Positions 30,737 through 39,763 of a stretch of 64,000 nt of DNA are shown here, piece after piece (positions within the stretch are counted from its first letter, which is position 1; every line of letters begins with the position of its first letter). The notes beneath the pieces are model-generated. The model saw only the letters and a program-made list of their open reading frames with translations. It ran no database searches and was not told where the DNA came from. The stretch lies in IMG/VR virus record IMGVR_UViG_3300035498_001325; one strand, 5' to 3'. The position numbers and the translations under genes were made by a program. The DNA comes from an uncultured virus (IMG/VR IMGVR_UViG_3300035498_001325) (Duplodnaviria; Heunggongvirae; Uroviricota; Caudoviricetes).

Positions 30737-30800
30737 TATTTGAGAATATATAACAAAATCCTATATTGATTATTGTGAAAAATAATAGGAAATGAATTAA
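30737..30800 (+). promoter_or_regulatory. Conserved palindromic element, copy 2
   Basis: TATTTGA..TATAACA..TCCTATA-N18-AATAGGAAATGAATTAA. Confidence 0.6.
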
Positions 30801-30883
30801 AAATAAAAATGGTTCTAATATAATACATTAGATAATAATTTTCCCTTATCTTTATTTATAGGTGTAAAGAAAGGAGGGATTAG

Positions 30884-31183
30884 GTGGAAACGCTTATAAA
30901 TTTAAATGATGAAAACAATAAAATAAAAAATCATTCAATCAATGAAGCTAACTGCTACGTAATAGACAATATGGGAAATTTATTATCACGAATAAGCCGT
31001 AATAAAGGATTTGTCTATATACGCAAAAAGAAAGCTTCTTTTTTTAATAATAAACCATTTATTATTAAATTAGATAAAGTTGTTGAGAATCCAACGAATG
31101 ATTTAACTAATGATGAAATTGAATTTATCAATTCAATAGTTGTCCGTAAAATTAAATTAAATGGAGGAAATTTAAATGGATAA
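30884..31183 (+). CDS. Stand-alone RRXRR/PLMP-like domain protein
   Basis: YVIDNMGNLLSR..IRKKKA..KPFIIKL resembles the IscB N-terminal pattern; overlaps the recA start. Confidence 0.55.
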   Translation: METLINLNDENNKIKNHSINEANCYVIDNMGNLLSRISRNKGFVYIRKKKASFFNNKPFIIKLDKVVENPTNDLTNDEIEFINSIVVRKIKLNGGNLNG

Positions 31184-34034
31184 GAAAGCAAAGTTAAGAG
31201 CTATGGCAAATGCCATTAAGAGCTTAGAAAAGGCAACAAAGAAAACAGGCGTAGCTTATAGATTAGGTGATAAGCCTGTTGAAAAGATTGAAGTAATACC
31301 AACTGGTGCTTTACCTTTGGATATAGCACTTGGCTGTGGCGGTTAATAAATAGCCTCATTTGTTTGGAAACAAACACTTGATAACTGGGTGAATTGCTAA
31401 GAACTCTATAAAAACGCCCATTATATTTTATAGACAATCAGCAACTAAGTTATTTTCAGCACTAAATAAAATATTCCTCCATTATTAAATGTTTTATTTA
31501 TCGGAAATAAAAAGCTCAACGACTAACTGATGAGTAGTGCTAACAATAAATCAGACACGAGTGCCCAGCACTGTTATATATAGTATAACACATATAAGAA
31601 TGGCAACTTATATGCCTAACGTAATAACGAGGGTGAAGATATAGTCTAAACTGAATATGAATTAACATATTGTAGTATTAAATAATATCTATTTAATATA
31701 ATGTAGGTGACTACCAGAATCATAGGATAAAGAGCCTATGAGTTAATATTTTTTGTATTCTAAAGGGCGTATAATTGAATTATTCGGTGCAGAATCTAGC
31801 GGAAAAACACTTATGGCTTCTAAAGCTATTGCAGAATGTCAAAAGCAAGATGGAATCTGTGCTATGATTGATATGGAGTAATTGCTCCCTTTAAAGAGTA
31901 ATCTTTATCGAAAAATATTTTTAATTGTCGGGGAAGTCTTAATTATTTTTACATACTAACTTGTCTTAGAAATAAGATAGGGGCAATGAGTAATTTCAAA
32001 GGTATAGTAATAAGTGTAAAAATAAAGATTATCGGACGCATCAAATCATCTAAATATAACCTCCATTATATATGATGAATGTTCAACGACTATTCTTGAA
32101 AAAGACAATGGAAATTTGTCAATAGAAGTAGGGCTTAAGTAAGCAGGTGAAATCCCTTTAAATCGAAATTGAATACTCCTATTTTTAATAGGAAGATGAT
32201 ATAGTCTATCCTTTATAGTGATATAAAGAAATATTAAAAAGAATTTTTTAATATTATTATAATTTAACGAATTGTAATTTAATAAAAAGCACGCATTTGA
32301 CCCATCATTCGCTGCAAAATTAGGTGTAAATATTGATGATTTATTTGTAAGTCAACCAAGTCATTTACAGGAATGTTTTGTAGTAATTGATAAATTTATT
32401 GATGCAGGTTGCGATTTAATCGTATTAGATAGTATTGCAACATTAGTCCCAAAGGAAGAACTTGAAGGCGAAGTAGGTAAACAGACTATTGGTCTTGTTG
32501 CAAGATATATGGGTCAGTTTTTAAGAAGAATTGGTCCAAAGTTAGATGAAAACAATTCTACTTTAATCTGTATCAATCAAACAAGAGATAATATTGGTGT
32601 TATGTATGGAGACCCAACAACAACCCCAGGCGGTGAACAAATAGCATAATAAATTATTTTATTAAATATTCTAATAATGCTTTGCCCCCTGTATAAAAAA
32701 TTCCGTAAATTGCTGGAAGTTTGTTAAAGTATATATGCTACAACATAAAACGAAAGTTTAAGTGTGATATGCTTAAAAAATATATATGTTGAACAATCAG
32801 CAGCTATGCCATAACAGAAATGTTAGGGAGAAGTTCAACGACTAGGAGTGAACCTAAAGAATATAAAAAATTCTATGGTAATAAAATCTCCCACGAAAAC
32901 GGGACACTGCTAATTATTAAAAAATCACTTAATAATTAGTTAAAGATATAGTCTAAAAATCCTTTATAAAAGGTTTATAGGATAAAGAGCCTATTGTAAT
33001 TGTTTTGAAAGCATTAAAGTTCTATAGTTCTATTAGATTACAGGTTGCAAGAGCTTCTACTCTTGATGTGATTGACAAGAACGGTGATTTAATTCAAAGA
33101 GGTATAAGAGTTACTGTTAAAAAGAATAAGGTTGAGAAAAACAGCCTCGCTATGTAGTAATATATAGCTGTAAATTAGGTGAACCAGTAATGGGTGTGTA
33201 TATATAGAATTTATTTTCTATATATGTGCTAACGGTAGAAGTGATATATATAAATAAGCTTCGTAAGAGATACTAAGGTGTTTAATTTTTAAACATAGCT
33301 GTTAATACCGTGCCAAGTTTAAGTAGAAATACTTTTAAGAGGTGTAACGACTAATTTTAAAATCTAAGTATAAAATAATATATATGATTTTAAAAACACG
33401 AGTGCCTAATACGATTATTATAGATAATCCTTATATAAAAATATATAAGCCGAACGTAATAACGAGGGTAAAGAGATAGTCTGAACTGCCTTTGAATTGA
33501 CAAGGGATAGTTGTTATATTTAGAATGGGAATATAATAAATGAGGAAACTCACAGAATTATGGGATAAAGAGCCTGTAAGATAACAACATTGTGGACTTC
33601 CATTCAAGAAAGCAGAATTTCAAGTATACCTTGATGGTAGAGAAGCTACCAAGGAATTAACAGACGATATTGCTAATATTGCTTTAAATATGGGATTAAT
33701 TCCTAAGTATGATGCTAAAGGTCAACTTTCTCAGACGGGTAGAAATTATAAATTAACTTATACTGTACCTGAAACAGGTGAAGTAGAAGAATTATCAGTT
33801 AAGAAGAAAGATGATGTAAGGATTGCACTTAAAGATTGTCCTAATATGCAGAAATATTTATTAAGTATTATCCGTGGTGAAATTGAAGCACCTGAAAATA
33901 CTATACCAAATGAAGATATGGATTCAGAAATGTCTGATGAAGATTTTGAAAAGATGATGAAAGAAGATAATTATGGTGTAGATGACGAAGATGGTGCAGA
34001 AGAATTAGAAAGTTCTTCATGGGATGATATGTAA
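31176..34034 (+). CDS. recA: RecA recombinase: join(31176..31343,31756..31878,32290..32634,33008..33132,33593..34034), about 400 aa
   Basis: Spliced product has [70 protein letters not shown]. Confidence 0.93.
31344..31755 (+). ncRNA. Group I intron recA-I1, 412 nt, no ORF
   Basis: P1 ggt/gcc; core aattgcta, aatcagcaac, tcaacgactaa, gaagatatagtcta; terminal G. Confidence 0.9.
31879..32289 (+). ncRNA. Group I intron recA-I2, about 411 nt, junction ambiguous
   Basis: Core ttcaacgactat and gatgatatagtcta; P1 ggagt/gctcc; in-frame stop at 31879. Confidence 0.8.
32635..33007 (+). ncRNA. Group I intron recA-I3, 373 nt, no ORF
   Basis: Core aattgctggaag, aatcagcagc, ttcaacgactag, aagatatagtcta; U before and G at the end. 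Confidence 0.9.
33133..33592 (+). ncRNA. Group I intron recA-I4, 460 nt, no ORF
   Basis: P1 aggt/gcct; core gctaacggt, aataccgtg, gtaacgactaa, aagagatagtct; join GT|T. Confidence 0.88.
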
Positions 34035-34120
34035 TAATTAAAAAAATCTATTAAATGATTTATTATAAAGTGTGTATAGAGTTTTTTCTGTACACACTTT
34101 TTTAATAAAGGAGAAAAAAG

Positions 34121-35005
34121 ATGAATGAAATATATAATGGGAATAGTATTGAAATAATAAAACAAATACCTGATAATAGTGTACATTTAATATTATCTGA
34201 TATTCCTTATGGTATTAGTTTTGATGAATGGGATGTATTACATAATAATACAAATTCAGCATTATTAGGTAGTAGTCCTGCACAAGAAAAAGCAGGAAAG
34301 GTTTTTAAAACAAGAGGAAAACCTTTAAATGGCTGGTCAAAAGCTGATAGAAATATGTCAAAAGAATATTATGATTGGTGTTTAAAGTGGACTAATGATT
34401 GGTTTAGAGTTTTAAAATCAGGTGGTTCAGTATTTATATTTGCAGGAAGAAAATTTCAACATAAAGTAATTTCAGCTATGGAAGATACAGGATTTATATT
34501 TAAAGATATGATTAGTTGGGAAAAAGAAATTGCACCACATAGGGCACAGAGAGTAAGTATAGTATATGAAAAAAGAAATGATTATGAAAATGCTGAGAAG
34601 TGGAAAGATTGGAGATTAGGCAATTTACGCCCTTTATTTGAGCCTATATTGTGGTTTGTAAAACCTTATAAAATAGGTGGTACATTAGTAGACAATATAT
34701 TAGAAAACGGTGTAGGAGCTTATAATTACATGAATTGGAACGAATATAATCCATTAACAGCCAATATTGTTAAAGTGAAAAGTACTAAAGAAGACCACGG
34801 AAAGCACCCCACACAAAAACCTATTGCATTAATGGAAGCATTAATTAAATTAACAACACAAGAAGAACAAATTGTACTTGACCCTTTTTGTGGTAGTGGT
34901 TCAACATTAGTAGCTGCAAAAAAATTAAATAGAAATTATATAGGCATTGAATTTAATAAAGAATTTTGCGATATTGCAAATGAAAGATTAAATAATTTAA
35001 AATAA
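34121..35005 (+). CDS. Orphan N6/N4 DNA methyltransferase, beta class (M.HindIII-like from memory)
   Basis: SDIPY, HPTQKP, DPFCGSGST. Confidence 0.88.
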   Translation: MNEIYNGNSIEIIKQIPDNSVHLILSDIPYGISFDEWDVLHNNTNSALLGSSPAQEKAGKVFKTRGKPLNGWSKADRNMSKEYYDWCLKWTNDWFRVLKSGGSVFIFAGRKFQHKVISAMEDTGFIFKDMISWEKEIAPHRAQRVSIVYEKRNDYENAEKWKDWRLGNLRPLFEPILWFVKPYKIGGTLVDNILENGVGAYNYMNWNEYNPLTANIVKVKSTKEDHGKHPTQKPIALMEALIKLTTQEEQIVLDPFCGSGSTLVAAKKLNRNYIGIEFNKEFCDIANERLNNLK

Positions 35006-35071
35006 ATAAAATATTTATTATTATTATTATTATTATTATTTAAAAACAATAAATAAGGAGAATGAGTATTT

Positions 35072-35614
35072 ATGAAAAGATTGATTAGAAAAGCATCAGA
35101 TTTAAACGTAAATGATTATTTTGTTATTGATGAAGATTTAGACAATTGCAAAAAAGAACTTAAAGAACTTTTATACGAAAATTTTGGTGATACATATGAT
35201 TTTACTTTAAAAACTGATGATTTTATAGAAATTTATAAAGGTGAACCTGTAACTTTTGAAAATCAGGACGAAATCTACGAAAGAATGGAAAAAGATGAAG
35301 AAGCAGGAGAAAAAATTGGATGGAAGTACGGTAATTATCAAACAGGTTATAAATTTAAAGAAGCAGAACTGTTTTTATATAAAGTACCGATTGGAATTTG
35401 TACTTTAGACAGTAAAGTTTTTAAAGATGATAATCTTGATTATGATAGTTCAAGAGATTTTACTTGTGGTATTCTTATTTATCCTAATGACGTTAAAGTG
35501 CGTTATGAAGATTATGTAAAAGAAAATCCTGAAGTTGAAAAAACTGTTAGCGATTTTCTTAATTCAATAGCAAGTGAAATGCAAAAAATAATAAATAAAC
35601 ATTTAGGCGAATAA
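35072..35614 (+). CDS. Acidic hypothetical protein with MKRL tag
   Basis: MKRLIRKASD; SD aaggag; terminator at about 35629-35655. Confidence 0.75.
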   Translation: MKRLIRKASDLNVNDYFVIDEDLDNCKKELKELLYENFGDTYDFTLKTDDFIEIYKGEPVTFENQDEIYERMEKDEEAGEKIGWKYGNYQTGYKFKEAELFLYKVPIGICTLDSKVFKDDNLDYDSSRDFTCGILIYPNDVKVRYEDYVKENPEVEKTVSDFLNSIASEMQKIINKHLGE

Positions 35615-35709
35615 TTAACATATATTTTACCCACTAAATATTTAGTGGGTATTTTTATTTATAACAGAGCTTTATTTATAAAATATTTTATATTTTCATC
35701 AATTTATTA

Positions 35710-35738
35710 TTGACAAATAATAAAAAGTATGATATAAT
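35710..35738 (+). promoter_or_regulatory. Sigma-A type promoter
   Basis: TTGACA-17-TATAAT with TG. Confidence 0.8.
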
Positions 35739-35776
35739 TAGTTTACCATAAAAGAAAGGAGCTGATAGTTAAAAAT

Positions 35777-36691
35777 ATGTCAGTGGATTTTACAAAATAT
35801 AAAAGAGGAAGTATTTGGTTTTATAGAGAACCACAGTGGATTGAACAGCAAAGGGGCGTACAGAGCCATTCAAGACCTTGTGTGATTATCTCTAATGATA
35901 ATTTTAACTCTTATTCCCCTGTCGTTAATGTACTAATGTTGACTACTAATCTTGATAAAGATAACGAATATCATATAAATATTTATAAAAATGGATATAA
36001 TACAAGATTGAGAGATAGTGCTATATTAGTCGAACAAATTAAAACAATACCTATTTCAGATTTAGGTGAATATTTTGGTATGTTGTCTGATGATATTATG
36101 AAAGAAGTTGATAGAAAACTTATAAAACATTTAAACATTGAAAATACTCCACATATTGCGATTGAAGAATTAGGTCAATTTATGGGTAAGTATAAAGAAA
36201 CTATTGATACTTATAATCAAATTAGCTCAAACTCTTTTATGAATGAATTAAAAGACCATATAAGCGACTTTATAAGAAGTAAGGGGAGAGCAGAAAGACC
36301 AAGATTAACCTCTGAAAATATTGTAAAAAATAGTATTGCAAATAAAGTAATCAATGATTCTAATTCAGATAACAATTCTAATGATGGTATTTCTAATAAT
36401 TCTAAAGAAAATGTTTTTAATAATTTCCCTAAGAATGGAATAATTATTGATGAAAACGGAATAAAGAATAATCTTGAAAAAAATCTTGAAAAAAGTATTG
36501 ATTTAAATAAGCCTATTGAAAGTACTATTGAAAAAATAAAAGAAAAAAGGCGTAAGAAATGGACTTCCGAAGAAATGAATTTTTTTATTGATAATTACGA
36601 TAATAAAGAACTACTTATGAATAAATATAATCTTACAAGACAGCAGGTAGTTAAAACTTATTTTTACATTAAATCAAAGGTTGCAAATTAA
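35777..36691 (+). CDS. PemK/MazF-family endoribonuclease domain with a long C-terminal extension
   Basis: KRGSIW..Q..RPCVIISND..N..LTT..EQIKTI. Confidence 0.8.
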   Translation: MSVDFTKYKRGSIWFYREPQWIEQQRGVQSHSRPCVIISNDNFNSYSPVVNVLMLTTNLDKDNEYHINIYKNGYNTRLRDSAILVEQIKTIPISDLGEYFGMLSDDIMKEVDRKLIKHLNIENTPHIAIEELGQFMGKYKETIDTYNQISSNSFMNELKDHISDFIRSKGRAERPRLTSENIVKNSIANKVINDSNSDNNSNDGISNNSKENVFNNFPKNGIIIDENGIKNNLEKNLEKSIDLNKPIESTIEKIKEKRRKKWTSEEMNFFIDNYDNKELLMNKYNLTRQQVVKTYFYIKSKVAN

Positions 36692-36776
36692 TAAAGGAGG
36701 GTGATTATCCCTCCTTTTTAATTATTCATATATGACTAATTAAGGTTAAATAATATATATAAATACTCAAACTTGA

Positions 36777-37145
36777 CTATTTATATTTTTTAACAAGACT
36801 TAATATTTTTTCATCAGTAGGGCATAATGGTAATTGTGATATTTCTTCTATTGTACTCCATTGTATTTTGTTATGTTCTATACAAACAGGTTCATTATTA
36901 ACTATTGAACATAAATAAAAATAAATATTTAAATTTTTATTTTCTATGTTACCTATTAACTTTTCTATTTTAATATCAATATTTAATTCTTCTTTACATT
37001 CACGAATAATACATTCTTCATTAGTTTCATTTAATTCAACTTTTCCACCAGGAAATTCCCATAATAATTCACAATTCTTTCCTTTAGGACGTTGACAAAT
37101 AAGAAATTTATTTTCCTTTTTTATTACAGCTGCGGTTACTACCAA
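36777..37145 (-). CDS. MutT/NudG-like Nudix hydrolase
   Basis: WEFPGGKVE..E..CIIRECKEEL Nudix box. Confidence 0.88.
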   Translation of the reverse strand: MVVTAAVIKKENKFLICQRPKGKNCELLWEFPGGKVELNETNEECIIRECKEELNIDIKIEKLIGNIENKNLNIYFYLCSIVNNEPVCIEHNKIQWSTIEEISQLPLCPTDEKILSLVKKYK

Positions 37146-37150
37146 ACAAA

Positions 37151-37312
37151 TTACCTCATTTCTAATTTATCTTCTAAATCGTGTATAGTTGAAATATAAT
37201 TATCAACTTTACCTACATAATCTTTAATTATATTATCTTTTTCTTGAACCTCTATTTTTAAATTCTCAATTTCCTTTTTTAAATTAGCAACTAACTTTTC
37301 ATATTCTGACAT
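37151..37312 (-). CDS. Small coiled-coil protein, 53 aa (not in ORF track)
   Basis: SD ggagg; MSEYEKLVANLKKEIENLK.. Confidence 0.55.
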   Translation of the reverse strand: MSEYEKLVANLKKEIENLKIEVQEKDNIIKDYVGKVDNYISTIHDLEDKLEMR

Positions 37313-37329
37313 TTTTAAAAACCTCCGTA

Positions 37330-38730
37330 TTAAATGATTTTTCTCATTACATTTTCTAATTCTCTTAGATTACTACACTCAAAAACTTCATTACAATAAG
37401 GAATATAATTTAAAAACTTATTATCCCATTCTTCTTCCTTGACAGGATTTAACCAATAGATACATTTGCATTTTTGCTGAATATTAAATAAACTTTCAGT
37501 ACCATCATCTTCAAAACTACCATTAATACCATCACCAATAACAATTAGTCTTGTTTTCTTATCAAATGGTTTTCTATTTAACCAATAAAAAGTATTACTA
37601 TAATCTGTACCAAAACCTAAATTAGCAGTTTTATATATATGTTCTACTGTATTTAAAACATCTTCACTTTCTTTTATTTCATCAGTAACATCTTTTAATT
37701 TTTCCATAAAAACATATATTCTTACATCTTGAAATACTTGTTCTATACCAATAACAATTTGTAATATAAATTTTACATAGTTTATCATACTGCCTGATAT
37801 ATCACAAAGCACAACTAAATTATTTTTATCTTTCTTTCTCTTTTTATAGAATATATCTTTAACGACACCGCTTTTAATACTTTGTTTAATTGTTTTCTTT
37901 ATATCAATACTACCTTTTCTACTATTCATTTTTTTTCTAATATATATATTATTTAATTTTTTAACAAACTTAGATAATAATTTTTTAATTGTAATAATAT
38001 CGTCTTTATCAAAATCTAAGAAATCTTTTTCATATATATCATCATATTCTTCTTTCATAATATCCTTAATAGCAGCATCTCCGTGTTTTCTTATTTCATT
38101 TTTTTCTAATTCTTCTTTTATTAAATCTTTTAATTTCTCATATTTTTCTTTTACAAGCTCCTCATTTTGATTATTAGTAGCTTGTGTTTTACCTGTTTCA
38201 TATCCCTGTTTTAAAAGTTCTTTTTCTATATCATTACTAACTGATTGTTGGTTGTATTGCATTTTATCAGCTATTTGTTTAGCTTCTTTTTTTAATTCTT
38301 CCTCTCCACCATATTTAAACATATCTGTTTTATTATCCAAATTAGTATTAAGGTTGTTGTTTTCTTGTGGTTGAGGGTTATCTAATGATTCTACTTGTTT
38401 TTCTTCACCAACATCATTGTAATTATCATCAAACATATCTTGCATTTGTGCAAACATATCTTCAAAATCTTCTTGATTAAATTCTAAAGTTTGGGTTTCT
38501 TCCTTATAAATAAAGAATATATCAAATAGTTTATTAAATTTTTCCCTATCTTCTAAGTTCTTTATCAAAGTGGAACTGAGAGTAATTTTGAAATCTTCTT
38601 TATCTTCCAAAGAAATATAATCTAATGATTTAATAGCATCTATTGATTCTGCAATAGATATTCTTACATTCATATCTCTTAGTATACTTACAAATTTAAT
38701 TATATTGTCTACCATATTAACTATCTCCAA
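37330..38730 (-). CDS. CoxE-like von Willebrand factor A domain protein
   Basis: LCDISGSM MIDAS, GTDY, IGDG, YWLNP. Confidence 0.85.
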   Translation of the reverse strand: MEIVNMVDNIIKFVSILRDMNVRISIAESIDAIKSLDYISLEDKEDFKITLSSTLIKNLEDREKFNKLFDIFFIYKEETQTLEFNQEDFEDMFAQMQDMFDDNYNDVGEEKQVESLDNPQPQENNNLNTNLDNKTDMFKYGGEEELKKEAKQIADKMQYNQQSVSNDIEKELLKQGYETGKTQATNNQNEELVKEKYEKLKDLIKEELEKNEIRKHGDAAIKDIMKEEYDDIYEKDFLDFDKDDIITIKKLLSKFVKKLNNIYIRKKMNSRKGSIDIKKTIKQSIKSGVVKDIFYKKRKKDKNNLVVLCDISGSMINYVKFILQIVIGIEQVFQDVRIYVFMEKLKDVTDEIKESEDVLNTVEHIYKTANLGFGTDYSNTFYWLNRKPFDKKTRLIVIGDGINGSFEDDGTESLFNIQQKCKCIYWLNPVKEEEWDNKFLNYIPYCNEVFECSNLRELENVMRKII

Positions 38731-38782
38731 ACATTATTTTTATTATATAAAGAAAAATATTAATTAAATTAAGAAAAAGTAC

Positions 38783-38811
38783 TTGACAAATAACAGAATT
38801 TGTAGTATAAT
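38783..38811 (+). promoter_or_regulatory. Sigma-A type promoter
   Basis: TTGACA-17-TATAAT. Confidence 0.8.
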
Positions 38812-38859
38812 TACATTGTAAACAAAAAACAAAGAAACTTTTAAAAGGAGTGAATATAT

Positions 38860-39630
38860 ATGCCAAGAGCACAATTTTTAGCAGAATTACAAGAAGGAAA
38901 AATAGATACAAAAAATAATAAACCTGTTGAAACAAATTTTGCATATAGCTATGATGAAATGTGTGATGCAAGTGCGTTAAGAAGTAAAGTTGCAGAACAT
39001 CCTATAAAGAGCGTTTTTAAGTATAAAATAGTTGATATTATCAAAGCAGGTCATAAACTTGCCTACGGTGAAGCTTATCAAAGCGTTTGCCCTGATGGTA
39101 CAGGTCACGTTAAGTTAGCAGAGAACAGAAAGCAGATTTGTCTTACTGTTGGTGAAAAAGGTAGCATAGCAAGATATAGAGCTATCGTTGAATATTTTGA
39201 CATTTATATGCCTGCAAGTAATATCAATGAATATAAGTTCTATAAAATATTCTGCGAAACACTTCTCGATAGTCTTGTAGAACCTGAACTTATTGATAGG
39301 GTATTACACGCACAGAAAGAGATGGTAAATAGACTTAAATTTGTTGGTAGTGGTAAGTATGGTGTAAATACTCAGGTTCTTGCTGATATTCAATTTGTTG
39401 TGGATAAACTTAAACAAGAGGTTGCAGATGCAGATATGGAATGGAGACATTACTGCTGTCACATTAAAGATAGATATGAATATATCGAAAGATGGAAAAA
39501 TTTTTCTGATATAGGCAGACAGAAAGAAAAGCAAAGAAATGGTTACTTATATAATAAGTATATTGTTGGTGATGGTATATTCCGTTATGAGGAAACAGGT
39601 TGTTGGAGCGGTGGCTATGAGCCTGATTAA
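38860..39630 (+). CDS. Hypothetical protein
   Basis: Own promoter, SD aaggag, terminator at about 39648-39677. Confidence 0.8.
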   Translation: MPRAQFLAELQEGKIDTKNNKPVETNFAYSYDEMCDASALRSKVAEHPIKSVFKYKIVDIIKAGHKLAYGEAYQSVCPDGTGHVKLAENRKQICLTVGEKGSIARYRAIVEYFDIYMPASNINEYKFYKIFCETLLDSLVEPELIDRVLHAQKEMVNRLKFVGSGKYGVNTQVLADIQFVVDKLKQEVADADMEWRHYCCHIKDRYEYIERWKNFSDIGRQKEKQRNGYLYNKYIVGDGIFRYEETGCWSGGYEPD

Positions 39631-39763
39631 TAAGTTGTTATAAATAAAAGAGGTGTTATAATATACACCTCTTTTTTATTGTTTTTAAAACTATTCATTT
39701 TCTTATTAAATATATAAAAAGAAGAAAAACTCTTTTCAAAATATATAAAAGGGGTGAAAGATT

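Noticed and set aside
9256..33592. dnaE and recA as pseudogenes, or stop-codon recoding
   Set aside because: The interruptions are 300-460 nt inserts with group I cores whose removal restores frame and motifs; other genes read normally in code 11.
35012..35041. (TAT)n run
   Set aside because: Short low-complexity AT tract; no spacers, not a CRISPR array.
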